64,000 bases of DNA from contig CM000155.2 of the NCBI GenBank assembly GCA_000004695.1, positions 576,001 through 640,000 on the forward strand, written 5' to 3'. The translations under genes and the position numbers were made by a program. The notes beneath the pieces are model-generated. The model saw only the letters and a list, made by a program, of their open reading frames with translations, was not told where the DNA came from and did no database searches. Positions 45,820 through 64,000 of the stretch are shown one piece after another. This DNA is from Dictyostelium discoideum. Taxonomy: Eukaryota. Within the stretch, counting starts at the first letter, position 1. Every line of letters begins with the position of its first letter.

Positions 45820-47466
45820 TTAATTAATTGATAAAATTGATTTATATAATAAAGGATAATGAGTTTTTAAAGAACTCATTTTTATATCACTATTAAATGT
45901 GAAATTAATTAATGAATCATTGTTTGGATAAATACGAAACTCGTTAAAAATGAATGACCAAACTTTAAAGTTTGTAGGATTTTCAATTGAATTTTGAAAC
46001 TTTTGAAATATTTGATAACCAGATTTAGTGGTTGAGACTGAAGCTTTGATAAGGTACCATTGACTTTTTAATAAATATTCCATTAATACTTGATTATTTA
46101 ATATCCATTCAATATTATGTAGTTTGAATTTTGGTTCTGTAAAAGTCAATATATTCAAAGAAAATAATTTAATATTTTCAATTGAATTTTGACAAAAATC
46201 ACACCAATTGTCAATTATAAATTGGTAACAATCAATATCATACTTTTGATTTGTTAATAGTAATTGACTATAATTTATAGTGAAATTATAATATTCTGTT
46301 GGGTATTTACATTTGATATGAATTGCAAATTTTTGATTAAATTTAATGAAATAAATGATAGCATCACTGAATAAATGATGACCATTTTTATTCTTTAATT
46401 CTTTTATTTCTACTAATGGGAATAAATTATAAATTTGATCAAACATTTCAATTGATTTAAATTTACAAATGATATTTGTTGAAAAGAAATTAAAATTACC
46501 AACATCAACACCACCACCACCACAATAAACTTCATTTTGTTGAATTTCTTTATTTTTAAATTCATTAATTGCCAAATTCAAATATTCAAAATTATCACAA
46601 TCTATACAAAATTCAATAATATCGAAATAAGAATTTTGTCTTTTCTTTTGATCTTTTTGATTACTTAATGTTTGAAATGAATTTTTTAAAAATGATAATC
46701 TTGAATTATGTTGATCATGATCATCATTCATTACAACAGTTGAAAATTCAAATATCTTATTATTAAATCCTCTTGAATTATTTTGTTTAAAACAATTAAT
46801 TCTTAAATGAGAATTTATATGTTCATTTGAATCAAAATCACCAAATTGAAATCTATTAAATGAAAATTGTAAATCATCTTCTTTAAAATTTAAAAATAAT
46901 TTACTATATTTTGCTTTATAGAATAAATAATTTTTAAATAATTTAAATTCACCTTTAACCTCTTTTAAACCTATGAAATACATTAACCAAGAGTATAACT
47001 TTTTAACTCTTTTATCTTTTGATGAAAAATTACCAACAATTTGTTTCAATTCATCATTTGTAAATGTTGATTTAATTTCATTAAATTCAAACATTGTTAA
47101 TTTTACATTCAATGATGATGATGATTCATTTTCAATTTGATTAATTATTGTAACATTATTATTATCTTTTAATTTTAATATTAAATTTAAATATTGTTGT
47201 TGTGATGAATTATATAATAATAAAGATTGACAACAATTTAAAATAGTTTCTAAATTTTCTTTAAAAATAAAAAAATCAAAAAATAATAATAATTTACAAT
47301 TTTGATTTTTTGGTTTTTTTAATTTTAATTGATTTTCTAATAATTCAATTCTATTTTTAATTAAATTTGATATATATTCATTATTATTATTATTATTATT
47401 ATAATTATAATTATTTTTACTACCTCTATTAAAATCTGAAATTGAAATATTCCAAAATGACTCATA
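45820..47466 (-). CDS. C-terminal ~550 codons of a large Asn/Lys/Ile/Phe-rich protein of unknown function; open frame extends upstream of ORF-track start 47112 to a stop at 47467..47469
   Basis: ORF 45820..47112 begins at a TTG, and the same frame stays open up to 47466. No recognizable domain. Confidence 0.4.
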   Translation of the reverse strand, partial: YESFWNISISDFNRGSKNNYNYNNNNNNNEYISNLIKNRIELLENQLKLKKPKNQNCKLLLFFDFFIFKENLETILNCCQSLLLYNSSQQQYLNLILKLKDNNNVTIINQIENESSSSLNVKLTMFEFNEIKSTFTNDELKQIVGNFSSKDKRVKKLYSWLMYFIGLKEVKGEFKLFKNYLFYKAKYSKLFLNFKEDDLQFSFNRFQFGDFDSNEHINSHLRINCFKQNNSRGFNNKIFEFSTVVMNDDHDQHNSRLSFLKNSFQTLSNQKDQKKRQNSYFDIIEFCIDCDNFEYLNLAINEFKNKEIQQNEVYCGGGGVDVGNFNFFSTNIICKFKSIEMFDQIYNLFPLVEIKELKNKNGHHLFSDAIIYFIKFNQKFAIHIKCKYPTEYYNFTINYSQLLLTNQKYDIDCYQFIIDNWCDFCQNSIENIKLFSLNILTFTEPKFKLHNIEWILNNQVLMEYLLKSQWYLIKASVSTTKSGYQIFQKFQNSIENPTNFKVWSFIFNEFRIYPNNDSLINFTFNSDIKMSSLKTHYPLLYKSILSIN

Positions 47467-48284
47467 TCAGATTTATCAATATCATAATCAAATGTTTGAT
47501 ATAAATAATTTGCAACTTTATTTGAACCAAGTTTAATTGATTCTATAAATTGTGAAAATCTAGTTAAATGATAATATTGTTCAACTAAAATATTCATTAA
47601 TATTACACTATCCAATTCAATTGAAATGGTTTCTAATATTGTTTTTAATTTACTTGATAAAATTAATTGTTTACCACCATTGTGGTGTTCTTCTTCCACA
47701 ACTAAATTATCCTTTATATAATTTGAAATTATTATTTTATCTTTACCTCCATCATCAAGATTTTCATCATTTTTAAATATTTTAAAAAATGGGTATAATA
47801 AATTATAATCAATATTACTATCACCATATAAATGTTCATTTCTATTGATTTTAAATTTTAATAAATCAATATATCCATATTTTATCATCCAACCCATACT
47901 AATAACTTGGTCATATGAAAAAACACCCAATTTAAATGATGATTTTAATAAACTAAATATTTTAAAATTTAAAAATACATTTCTATAAACTTTCCAAAAT
48001 AAAATTTCATTTTTATTATTATTTTTATTATTATTATTATTATCATTTTGTGTATTACTAATAATATTTAAATTTCCTATTTTATTTGATAGTTGTTGTT
48101 GTTGTTGAATAAAATCATAATTATCATTTTTTTTATTATTTTTTTTTTGAGAATTTCTTTTTTTTGGAATTTCTTTTTCAAGTCTTGCCATTTCTTTACA
48201 GAAAGCGTCTTCCTCCTCTTCTCTTTTTTTCTTCCTTTTTTCATTTTCTATCTTTGAGTTTTTTGATGTTTGTTTTAATGTCAT
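47361..48284 (-). CDS. N-terminal part (307 codons) of the same gene; overlaps the downstream frame by ~105 nt inside an (ATT)n tract, implying a frameshift, sequencing error or pseudogene
   Basis: ORF track entry. The stop at 47361..47363 falls inside the poly-Ile/poly-Asn-encoding ATT repeat. Confidence 0.4.
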   Translation of the reverse strand: MTLKQTSKNSKIENEKRKKKREEEEDAFCKEMARLEKEIPKKRNSQKKNNKKNDNYDFIQQQQQLSNKIGNLNIISNTQNDNNNNNKNNNKNEILFWKVYRNVFLNFKIFSLLKSSFKLGVFSYDQVISMGWMIKYGYIDLLKFKINRNEHLYGDSNIDYNLLYPFFKIFKNDENLDDGGKDKIIISNYIKDNLVVEEEHHNGGKQLILSSKLKTILETISIELDSVILMNILVEQYYHLTRFSQFIESIKLGSNKVANYLYQTFDYDIDKSDMSHFGIFQFQILIEVVKIIIIIIIIIIIMNIYQI

Positions 48285-48701
48285 TCTTTTTTAACAATAA
48301 AAGAAAAATTAAAAAAAAAAAAAAAAAAATTTAATTTGCCACAAGAAAAATTATTCTTTTTTTTTTCAGGATTTTTTATTCTTTGAAAATTAAACAAAAA
48401 AAAATAAAAATAAGTTATTTTTACACCCAACCAAAGAAAAATCTTTTTTTTTTTTGTTTTATAAATATTAATACAATTTTTTACTTTATTCAATAAAATA
48501 CCTAGAATCCTTTAAGGAATATATTTAATAAAAAGTGATTGCATACTTTTTTTTTTTTTTTGATTTTGTTCTTTTTGGGTTTTTTTTTTTTTTTTTTTTT
48601 TTTTTTTGGTTGACTAAGAAAAAGACCAAATTTAAAAATAAAAAAAAATCTTTTGTTTTTGTTTTTCTTTTCTTTTATTTGAAGATTAGTTTATTAAATA
48701 A

Positions 48702-53217
<4,516 letters not shown>

Positions 53218-53461
53218 CTTTTTTCTGTTGCTTATATGTGATTTATGCTAGTTTTTTTATTTTTTTTTTTTTTGGAAAAAAAAAAAAAAAAAATTATTTC
53301 CTAATGAACTAAATTATATTTAAAATATATTTTTGATTAATACAATAAATGATGAAGGGATTTATTTTTTTTTTTTTTTTTTTGTGTGTGTTGGTGTGAA
53401 AATTTAAAAAAAAATAAAAAAAATAAAAAAATAGAGTTGATGGTTTTTTTTTTTTTGTTTT

Positions 53462-53497
<36 letters not shown>

Positions 53498-53525
53498 TTT
53501 AATTATTTTTATTATTATTTTATTA

Positions 53526-53603
<78 letters not shown>

Positions 53604-53683
53604 TTATTATTATTATTTTATTTTAAAAATTATTATTATTTATGTAACTCTTTATTTAACAATTAAAAAAAATTAAATAAATT

Positions 53684-53893
53684 AAATGTTGTAGGGAATT
53701 TTCAATAAAATTTCACTACAGTAGCGTAGTGAATTTTATTATTTAATTTCACTACAGTAGCGTAGTGAAAAAAAAAAATCACTGACCTTAAATGTTGTAG
53801 GGAATTTTCAATAAAATTTCACTACAGTAGCGTAGTGAATTTTATTATTTAATTTCACTACAGTAGCGTAGTGAAAAAAAAAAATCACTGACC
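53684..53893 (+). repeat. left terminal repeat of the transposon (two tandem ~105-bp units, each with a CACTAC-AGTAGC-GTAGTG hairpin motif)
   Basis: direct read. Confidence 0.6.
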
Positions 53894-54069
53894 CTAAATT
53901 TTTTTTTTTTTCAAAAAACAAATAAAGTTTATTAAATTATTATCTTTTATTTGATTATTAGTTCTATTTAAGTTTTTTTATTTTTTTTTTTTTTAATTTA
54001 ATTTTTTTTTTTTTTATTTTATTTTTTTTTTTTTTTTTGCGCCAAAACTTTTTTTTTTTTTCCCCAACA

Positions 54070-54104
<35 letters not shown>

Positions 54105-54323
54105 TTTCATTTTCCCAAAATGAAACAAGATAAAATAAATGAAATTATAAATTATTTAAAATTTATTGAAGATAATAATTTTGAAAATACTAAACATAAA
54201 AATTATAAATTTTTACATGATGAGTAAATATTTTTCCTTACAATAACACAATCATTTTTTAAATTCTGACCAATAAAAAACAGAAACAGAAAAGAAAAAT
54301 TATTTAGAATTGAAAAAAAAGTC

Positions 54324-55216
54324 ATGAATTGTGGCGGAGATAGAAATATATCAAAAGAAGTGTGTTTAGAAGTAATTAATGATTATAGAATGGTATCACT
54401 CTGGGAAGAAATGCATAAAGGTCATATAGGAAGAGATGCAACCTATGGGAACTACAAGACTAAATATTATAATATGGGATTGTATTCTTTTGTATCTGAT
54501 GCAGTAGATACGTGTGACATTTGCCAACGAAATAGAATAAAAGGTTTGGTATCAATCATTTTTATATGATGTTTTGTAACTTTTATATTAAAACTCTTTT
54601 AATAATTTAAATAAATTAATAGGTATAACAAAGGATTTTGCTCCAATTGTAGATACCGAGGAATACTCAAGATTGGTTTATGATTTAACATCAATTAAAG
54701 GTGAACATAAAGAAAAAGTTACATACGATGATGATAATGAAAAGATACTAACTAAACTAGATGATCTTATCCAATATGACTCTGTACAACCGTACGACAC
54801 CGATGTTGTTTACATTATTCTATGCATAGATTCTTTTACAAAATTTGCTACTGGAAGGTATTTATTTTTTATTTATTAATTTATTAGTTTTCTTTTTTTA
54901 TTTTAATTATCATTTATTTTTTAGATGTTTGACAACAAAGAGAACAGTTCCCATATACAATTTTTTGGCTCTCACGTACTTTGGCAAACCTGTGAAAGTA
55001 TGGCACTGCGATAATGGACGTGAATTTAAAAACAAAGTCCAAAAAGAATTCCTAAAACTTTTTCCAGGCTCCAAGTCAGCACATGGAGCTCCTCGTACAC
55101 CAACAACTCAAGGTATGGTAGAAAGATTGAATCGAACTATCAAGGAGAGGATCTCAAAATTAAAACAACAAGAGTATGATATTGTGAACAATATAAATTA
55201 TCGATATGTTTATTAA
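54324..55216 (+). CDS. transposon integrase/transposase gene, at least 3 exons (about 54324..54554, 54622..54858, 54924..55170)
   Basis: ORF-track pieces 54324..54569, 54673..54879 and 54845..55216 are linked by GT...AG introns (e.g. NRIKG|GTTTGG ... TTAATAG|GTATAAC; ATTTGCTACTGGAAG|GTATTT ... TTTTAG|ATGTTTG). The integrase-core motif KVWHCDNGREFKNK...GSKSAHGAPRTPTTQGMVERLNRTIKE is present. Exon edges are approximate. Confidence 0.55.
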
Positions 55217-55630
55217 TTAATCATTTATAAATAAATTTTAGTTTTCTTGATGGTACTTCTAGGTCTCTTTCTGAACTATTAAAACAAGCTTTGTATGATT
55301 ACAATAATACAAAAACAAGAACAATTAAAATGACACCATCTCAAGCTGTTGGTATTGTTCCTTTGTTTATTAATGTTCAATCAGAACAAGACTCTCAATC
55401 AATTGGTGTTTCAGATGTTTCAAAAGAAGAAAGAACAGCTATTATTCTTGAAAATCTCACAAGTTACCAAAATCAATGGAATTCAAAACCACCAAAGGGA
55501 TTGAAAGTTGGTGATACTGTACTCTTTCTAGAAATTAAAAAAAATAATGTAAGTAATTAAAACATAAAGATTAATAATATATGAAACAGTAATAATTAAC
55601 AAATTTTATATTTAATTCTAATAGAAAATA

Positions 55631-56617
55631 TTGATTTTGTGTAAAATTCATAAGGTAATACAGGAAGACACTAAACAACTTTATAAACTTGAATTTTTGG
55701 AAGATGGAATCAATAGCCTTCAAAAAAAAGGTTTATACTCTGGTTTTGTAGGAGGTAACAAGTTGGTTCTTTATAAACAATCAACAGTTGATATTTTTAG
55801 AACATCGCCAAACATACAAAAAGATATTGATTCTTTTACTTCTGGTCTTTATTTAAATAATGATGGGAAAGTTATTGAATTTCTGGTTCAGTTTATTAAA
55901 AATCTTGGTAAGGATTTATCCAATTTCAACTTGCATCAATTGGTAACACAAAATGATCCATTTAGGGTTTTGGAAGATGCTCTTAACAATCCATCAAATA
56001 TTCCACCTATCATTAACGATAATCCATTTCAACACAAACTCAATAATGAAATGGAACAAGAAGAAATACTCCCATTTTTAAATAATAATCCAACAGCGCC
56101 AAATTTAATGAATTGTTTGAGAAAGGATATGAATTTAAAAGAAATAGTACCACCAATACCTCAAGTGCAAATAATACCATCGTATACTATACCACAATCT
56201 GGTAGTGGTATAGTAACAACTGTTAAACGTCTCAGAGGCCGTCCTCATAAGATACCAATTGTTAATAAACCTCCTTTAAAATCACATTCTAAACCATCCA
56301 AATCACCTCTCAAATCACCATCCATTTCACCTTCCAATTCACCATTTAAATCACCATTTAAATCACCTTCCAAATCACCATTTAAATCACCTTCCAAATC
56401 ACCATCCATTTCACCTTCCAATTCACCATTTAAATCACCTTCCAATTCACCTTTTAAATCACCATTTAAATCACCTTCCAAATCACCATCAATAGGAAAA
56501 ATCGTTAATGTGATACCTTCAAAAAAAGTTGCAAAAACAAAGTTAACAAGGACACAAAAATTAGAACTTGATTTGGTTGCAATTAATAGAAGGGGGTATG
56601 GGGAAATTAGAAAATAA
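55631..56617 (+). CDS. second transposon ORF: Ser/Pro/Lys-rich protein with (SPSKSPFK)n repeats
   Basis: 328-aa ORF with a KSPxKSP repeat array at 56280..56500. It is probably joined to upstream exons 55291..55560. Confidence 0.4.
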   Translation: MILCKIHKVIQEDTKQLYKLEFLEDGINSLQKKGLYSGFVGGNKLVLYKQSTVDIFRTSPNIQKDIDSFTSGLYLNNDGKVIEFLVQFIKNLGKDLSNFNLHQLVTQNDPFRVLEDALNNPSNIPPIINDNPFQHKLNNEMEQEEILPFLNNNPTAPNLMNCLRKDMNLKEIVPPIPQVQIIPSYTIPQSGSGIVTTVKRLRGRPHKIPIVNKPPLKSHSKPSKSPLKSPSISPSNSPFKSPFKSPSKSPFKSPSKSPSISPSNSPFKSPSNSPFKSPFKSPSKSPSIGKIVNVIPSKKVAKTKLTRTQKLELDLVAINRRGYGEIRK

Positions 56618-57314
56618 AAACAAGTGGCCAAATCAAAAAAACAAAAAAAACACAAATCAACACAAAAAATTAAAAAAAAAAAAAAAAAATTAAAAATTAA
56701 AAAAAAAAAAAATTGAAAAAAATAAAAAAAAATTACATTTGTTAAAAAAAATAAAAAAAAATAAAAAAAAATAAAACTTAAAAAAAATTGAAAAAACAAA
56801 ATAAAAAAAAAAAATTGAAAAAACAAAATAAAAAAAAATTTCAAAAAAAAAGAATGATCGAAGAATTAATAGATTCGATAAAACTCTTAAAAAATTTAGC
56901 CATTGAATATGGCAATGAAGAATAGTTAGATTCAGAGGAAAATTTGACTAAATTCCTCGAAAAAGCAGCCAAAGTACTATATGTAAATAGGGGGGATGCT
57001 TTAATCGTTAAAAATTCAAATATGATGTTAGAAGCATTAGAATTAAAATCAAAACAATTTCCCCAACATTGTGTAAAAACTGTAATAAAAAACGAATAAT
57101 ATTTGGACTTTTTTGTATACAAAGGAAAATGCAAAAACATCAAATGCACCAGAGGTAACAAAGCTAGAAAAAATTCAATTGGGTGCAGTGTTTACAGTGA
57201 TATGGTAAATCAAGCAATTGAACAACTCAGGGAGTTAATAAAAATAAATCAATAAAAATAAATTAAAAAAAAAAAAATTGAAAAAAAAAGCAAATTAACC
57301 TTAATGATCAATGA

Positions 57315-57414
57315 NNNNNNNNNNNNNNNNNNNNNNNNNNNNNNNNNNNNNNNNNNNNNNNNNNNNNNNNNNNNNNNNNNNNNNNNNNNNNNNNNNNNNN
57401 NNNNNNNNNNNNNN
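57315..57414. other. assembly gap (100 N)
   Basis: N run. Confidence 0.95.
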
Positions 57415-57438
57415 AAAAATTTTAAAAAAAAAAATTTG

Positions 57439-57477
<39 letters not shown>

Positions 57478-57575
57478 AACAATAATTTTAATAAAAATAA
57501 ATAAAATAATAATTAAAACAAAAAATAAAATTTCAATTTAATAAACTTTTTTTGTTTTTTGAAAAAAAAAAAAAT

Positions 57576-57680
57576 TTAAGGTCAGGGATTTTTTTTTTTC
57601 CCTACGCTCCTGTAGGGAAATTAAATAATAAAATTCCCTCCGCTCCTGTAGGGAAATTTTTTGGAAAATTCCCTCCCCCC
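57576..57680 (-). repeat. right terminal inverted repeat (one unit)
   Basis: The reverse complement matches the left units at more than 85% by eye. Confidence 0.55.
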
Positions 57681-57684
57681 TTAA

Positions 57685-57716
<32 letters not shown>

Positions 57717-57812
57717 AAAGAAAAACGATGGGGCCAAGATTTTTTTAAAACACATAAAATCTAATTGAGATTTGATCAAATAAATAACCCAATAACTGAC
57801 ACCACAAAAAAC

Positions 57813-57846
<34 letters not shown>

Positions 57847-58016
57847 CCAACCTCTTTTTTTTTTTATGTCCAATTTATTAATTTTCGAAATACTTTTATT
57901 TGATATAATGATTTATTTATTAAACTGTGCACAATATGATCTATATTTATTTTATTATTATTATTATTATTATTATTGATATATTCATTTATAAAATTGG
58001 AACATAAATCAAATAT

Positions 58017-58077
<61 letters not shown>

Positions 58078-59647
58078 AAAAACGTTGTAAAAAAAAATAA
58101 TATTAATAATATTAAAAAAAAAAAAAACAAACAAATAAACCCAACCAATAATAGGAAAAAAAAAAAAAAAAAAATGATAAATAAAAAAAAAAATAATATT
58201 AATAAAATTAGATGTTTTGGTTATTTATGTTGTGTGGTGGTGAGAGGTGTGTTTGTGTGTGTTAAGTTTTTTTTTTTTTTTTTTTTTTTTCTATTCATTT
58301 TTTTTTTTTCTTTTGTGTTGATAATCACATTGAAAGGTGATTTCAAAAATATTGTTATTGTTGTGATAGTGGTTGAATATAAATAAATAGAGTTTGGGGT
58401 ATTATAATGTGGTGGTGGTGGTGGTGGTGGAGTTTTGTGTTGTTGGTCTGCTTGAAGTTTATATAAATAAAAACAATTGTAATTTATGAAGGAGGAGAAG
58501 GATTTAAATTGAATGTAAAGATTATATTTGATTTCAGTTTTTTATTTAAATGTCTATATGAAGGGAAATTATTATTTATTTTTTTATTTATTTTTTTATT
58601 TATTTATTTATTTATTTTTTTATTTATTTTTTTTTTATTTTTTTTTTTTATAATATAATGCTTTACTATTCAAAGGTTATATGTGGTCGCATTACTACAA
58701 TAATCAAGTATCACAGATAATTTAAAAAACAAAAATGAAAAAAATAAAAATAAAAAATAATAAAATTAAAATAAAAAAAAAATAAAAAAAAAAACAATAA
58801 AGAAAAAAACAAAATAAAATAAAAATAGAAAGGGATGTGTTAAATGAATAGACATACTGACTTAGTTTTTTTTATTTTTTTTTTTTTTTTTATTTATTAA
58901 ATAAGTGCATATATGTATTATTATTATTTTTTTTTTTTTATTTTTTTTTTTTTATTTATTTTAAAAATTATATGCAAAAGTATAAAATAATTATTTGAAA
59001 CTAAATACTATGTTTAAGAATTTTTTTTTTTTTTTTTTTTAAAAAAATTATTATTATTTTATTAAAAATAGGAAATAAAAAAAATAAGAATTTATAAATA
59101 ATTCTTTGAAATCATACGAATATTTTTTTTTTTTTTTACCTTTTTTTTATTTTTTTTATTTTTTTATTTTTTTTGTTTTTTTTTTATCCAAGTTATTTGA
59201 TCAAATGTGAATATACTAAAAATATGTATAAATGAATATAAGTGTTTAATCAAATAGTTAAAAATATATTATAATCTGCAATGGACAAAAAAAAAAATTC
59301 GATCAATATTAGATGTGTAGATGTGAGTATAAAAAAAAAAATAAAAAAAAAAAAAAAATAAAAAAAAAAAGAAAAAAAAAAAAGAAAAAAAATAAAAAAA
59401 AAAAAAAAAAGAAAAAAAAAAATTTACCGTTTTTTATTTGAAAATTTTGGCAAATTTAAAATACGAGCACGAGCTTTTTCAACAATGTAACGCTTTTTTA
59501 GCCCATTTTTAATTAATTAATATCATTTTAGATTTTTTTCATTATTTTGTTTTTGTTTTGTTTTATTTTTTTTCTTTTTTTTTTTTTTTTTTTTTTTTTT
59601 TTCCAAAGACCCATTTTTTTTTTTTAAATGAATTAATACCAAATTTC

Positions 59648-59688
<41 letters not shown>

Positions 59689-60377
59689 CCCCTTTTTTTT
59701 TTTTTTATTTTTTTAATTTGTCAAATTGTTTTGATATTAAAAAAAAAAAATTTAAGTGGTAATTAAAAATTTGGGAATTGGTTTTTTTTTTTTTTTTTTT
59801 TTCTTTTCAAACCACAGTGATAAAAAACAATTCAAGAATTGTTTTATTTGAGAATCACCAAATAATTTTTAAAGGATAGATTTACAAATCAAGTGAATGA
59901 TTTCATATCAAATATAAATTAAGATTGTAACATAATATGGATAAGTTTTATTATTCTGGGTGATTAAAAAAAAAAAAAAAAAAAAAAATTGTTATTTTTT
60001 TTTTTCTAGTTTTTTTTTTTTTTCCATACTTGGTACCAAATACTCAAATTTTAAATCAAGAAAAATAAAAAAAATATTTAAATGAGCTCAAACCTTTTTT
60101 TTAAGCAACAAACCTTTTTAAAAAGATATTTTTTTATTTTTTTTTTTTAAAAAATAAAAAAAATAAAAAAAAAAAAAATAAAAAAAAAATAAAAAAAATT
60201 AGTTTTTTGGAAGTCTCTTAAGAAAAATTAAAATAAAAAAAAATAAAAAAAATAAAATTAAAAATAAAAAGTCGTTGTTATAATTATAATTTATCTTTAT
60301 TTTTTTTTTATTATTTTTTTTATTATTTTTTTATTATTTTTTTTATATTAAACTTTTTTTTATATATAAAATTGTAG

Positions 60378-60408
<31 letters not shown>

Positions 60409-60471
60409 AAAAAAAACTGGGGCCAAATTTTAAAAATAATAATAATAATAAAAATAATAATAAAAGTAATA

Positions 60472-60515
<44 letters not shown>

Positions 60516-60557
60516 AACAAATAACACACATGCATTCACGCCAACACTGAACAAATA

Positions 60558-64000
<3,443 letters not shown>

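Larger units (their letters stand above)
53684..57680. mobile_element. Tdd-4-like (DDT-family) DNA transposon, ~4.0 kb, with ~105-bp terminal inverted repeats and an intron-containing retroviral-type integrase gene; contains assembly gap 57315..57414
   Basis: The left end carries two tandem ~105-bp units (53684..53788, 53789..53893). The right end (57576..57680) is their reverse complement, with GGGAATTTTC..TTTC(A/C)CTACAG(T/G)AGCG(T/G)AG(T/G)GAATTTTATTATTTAATTTC(A/C)CTACAG(T/G)AGCGTAG(T/G)G shared. Internal ORFs encode the integrase HHCC zinc finger (H..H...CDICQRN), a DDE core (HCDNGREF ... GAPRTPTTQGMVERLNRTIKE), and GT/AG-bounded AT-rich gaps between ORF pieces. Confidence 0.6.

Overview
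The window reads as nuclear genomic DNA of a dictyostelid social amoeba (Dictyostelium discoideum-like). It is roughly 75-80% AT and has very long homopolymer A/T tracts. Introns are short and AT-rich with GTAAGT/GTATGT donors and AG acceptors. Several coding regions carry poly-Asn/Gln/Thr tracts. It is not prokaryotic, so no operons, CRISPR arrays or defence islands are expected, and none were seen. Four 100-nt N runs (35279..35378, 42332..42431, 51337..51436, 57315..57414) are assembly gaps.

Supportable content, left to right:
- A tandem pair of SAM-methyltransferase-like paralogs; the second copy is frameshifted.
- A DDX55 ortholog.
- A REX1-like DEDDh exonuclease.
- Two small secreted proteins, one with an internally duplicated 6-Cys module.
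- A FNIP-repeat protein.
- tRNA-Val(AAC) with two downstream external B boxes.
- A WDR13-like WD40 protein.
- A PB1...UBA protein resembling p62/NBR1.
- A 3-exon membrane protein.
- A free-standing polyketide-synthase fragment gene (dehydratase-like / degenerate methyltransferase / ketoreductase, no KS/AT/ACP domains).
- A tRNA-targeted non-LTR retrotransposon hotspot. A TRE3-like element sits head-to-tail just downstream of a minus-strand tRNA-Leu(UAG). A second, different TRE3-like element with an intact 1230-aa ORF2 lies nearby. A plus-strand array of TRE5-A-like copies and 3'-end fragments follows. Both of the latter abut an assembly gap where a hidden tRNA gene is predicted.
- A DDHD-type phospholipase.
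- A RING/C2HC protein with a C-terminal pentapeptide-repeat domain.
- An AP-1 sigma adaptin and UFM1, divergently transcribed from a ~256-bp shared promoter. Both have an intron at or inside the start codon.
- A large low-complexity gene that appears frameshifted inside an (ATT)n tract.
- A giant GATA-type transcription factor, 2 exons, interrupted by an assembly gap.
- A ~4-kb Tdd-4-like DNA transposon with ~105-bp terminal inverted repeats and an intron-containing retroviral-type integrase gene.
- The 5' part of a RUN-domain protein gene running off the window end.

All calls come from reading the sequence and the ORF track against remembered family motifs. No database search was possible. 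Splice coordinates were derived by hand and may be off by a few nt.
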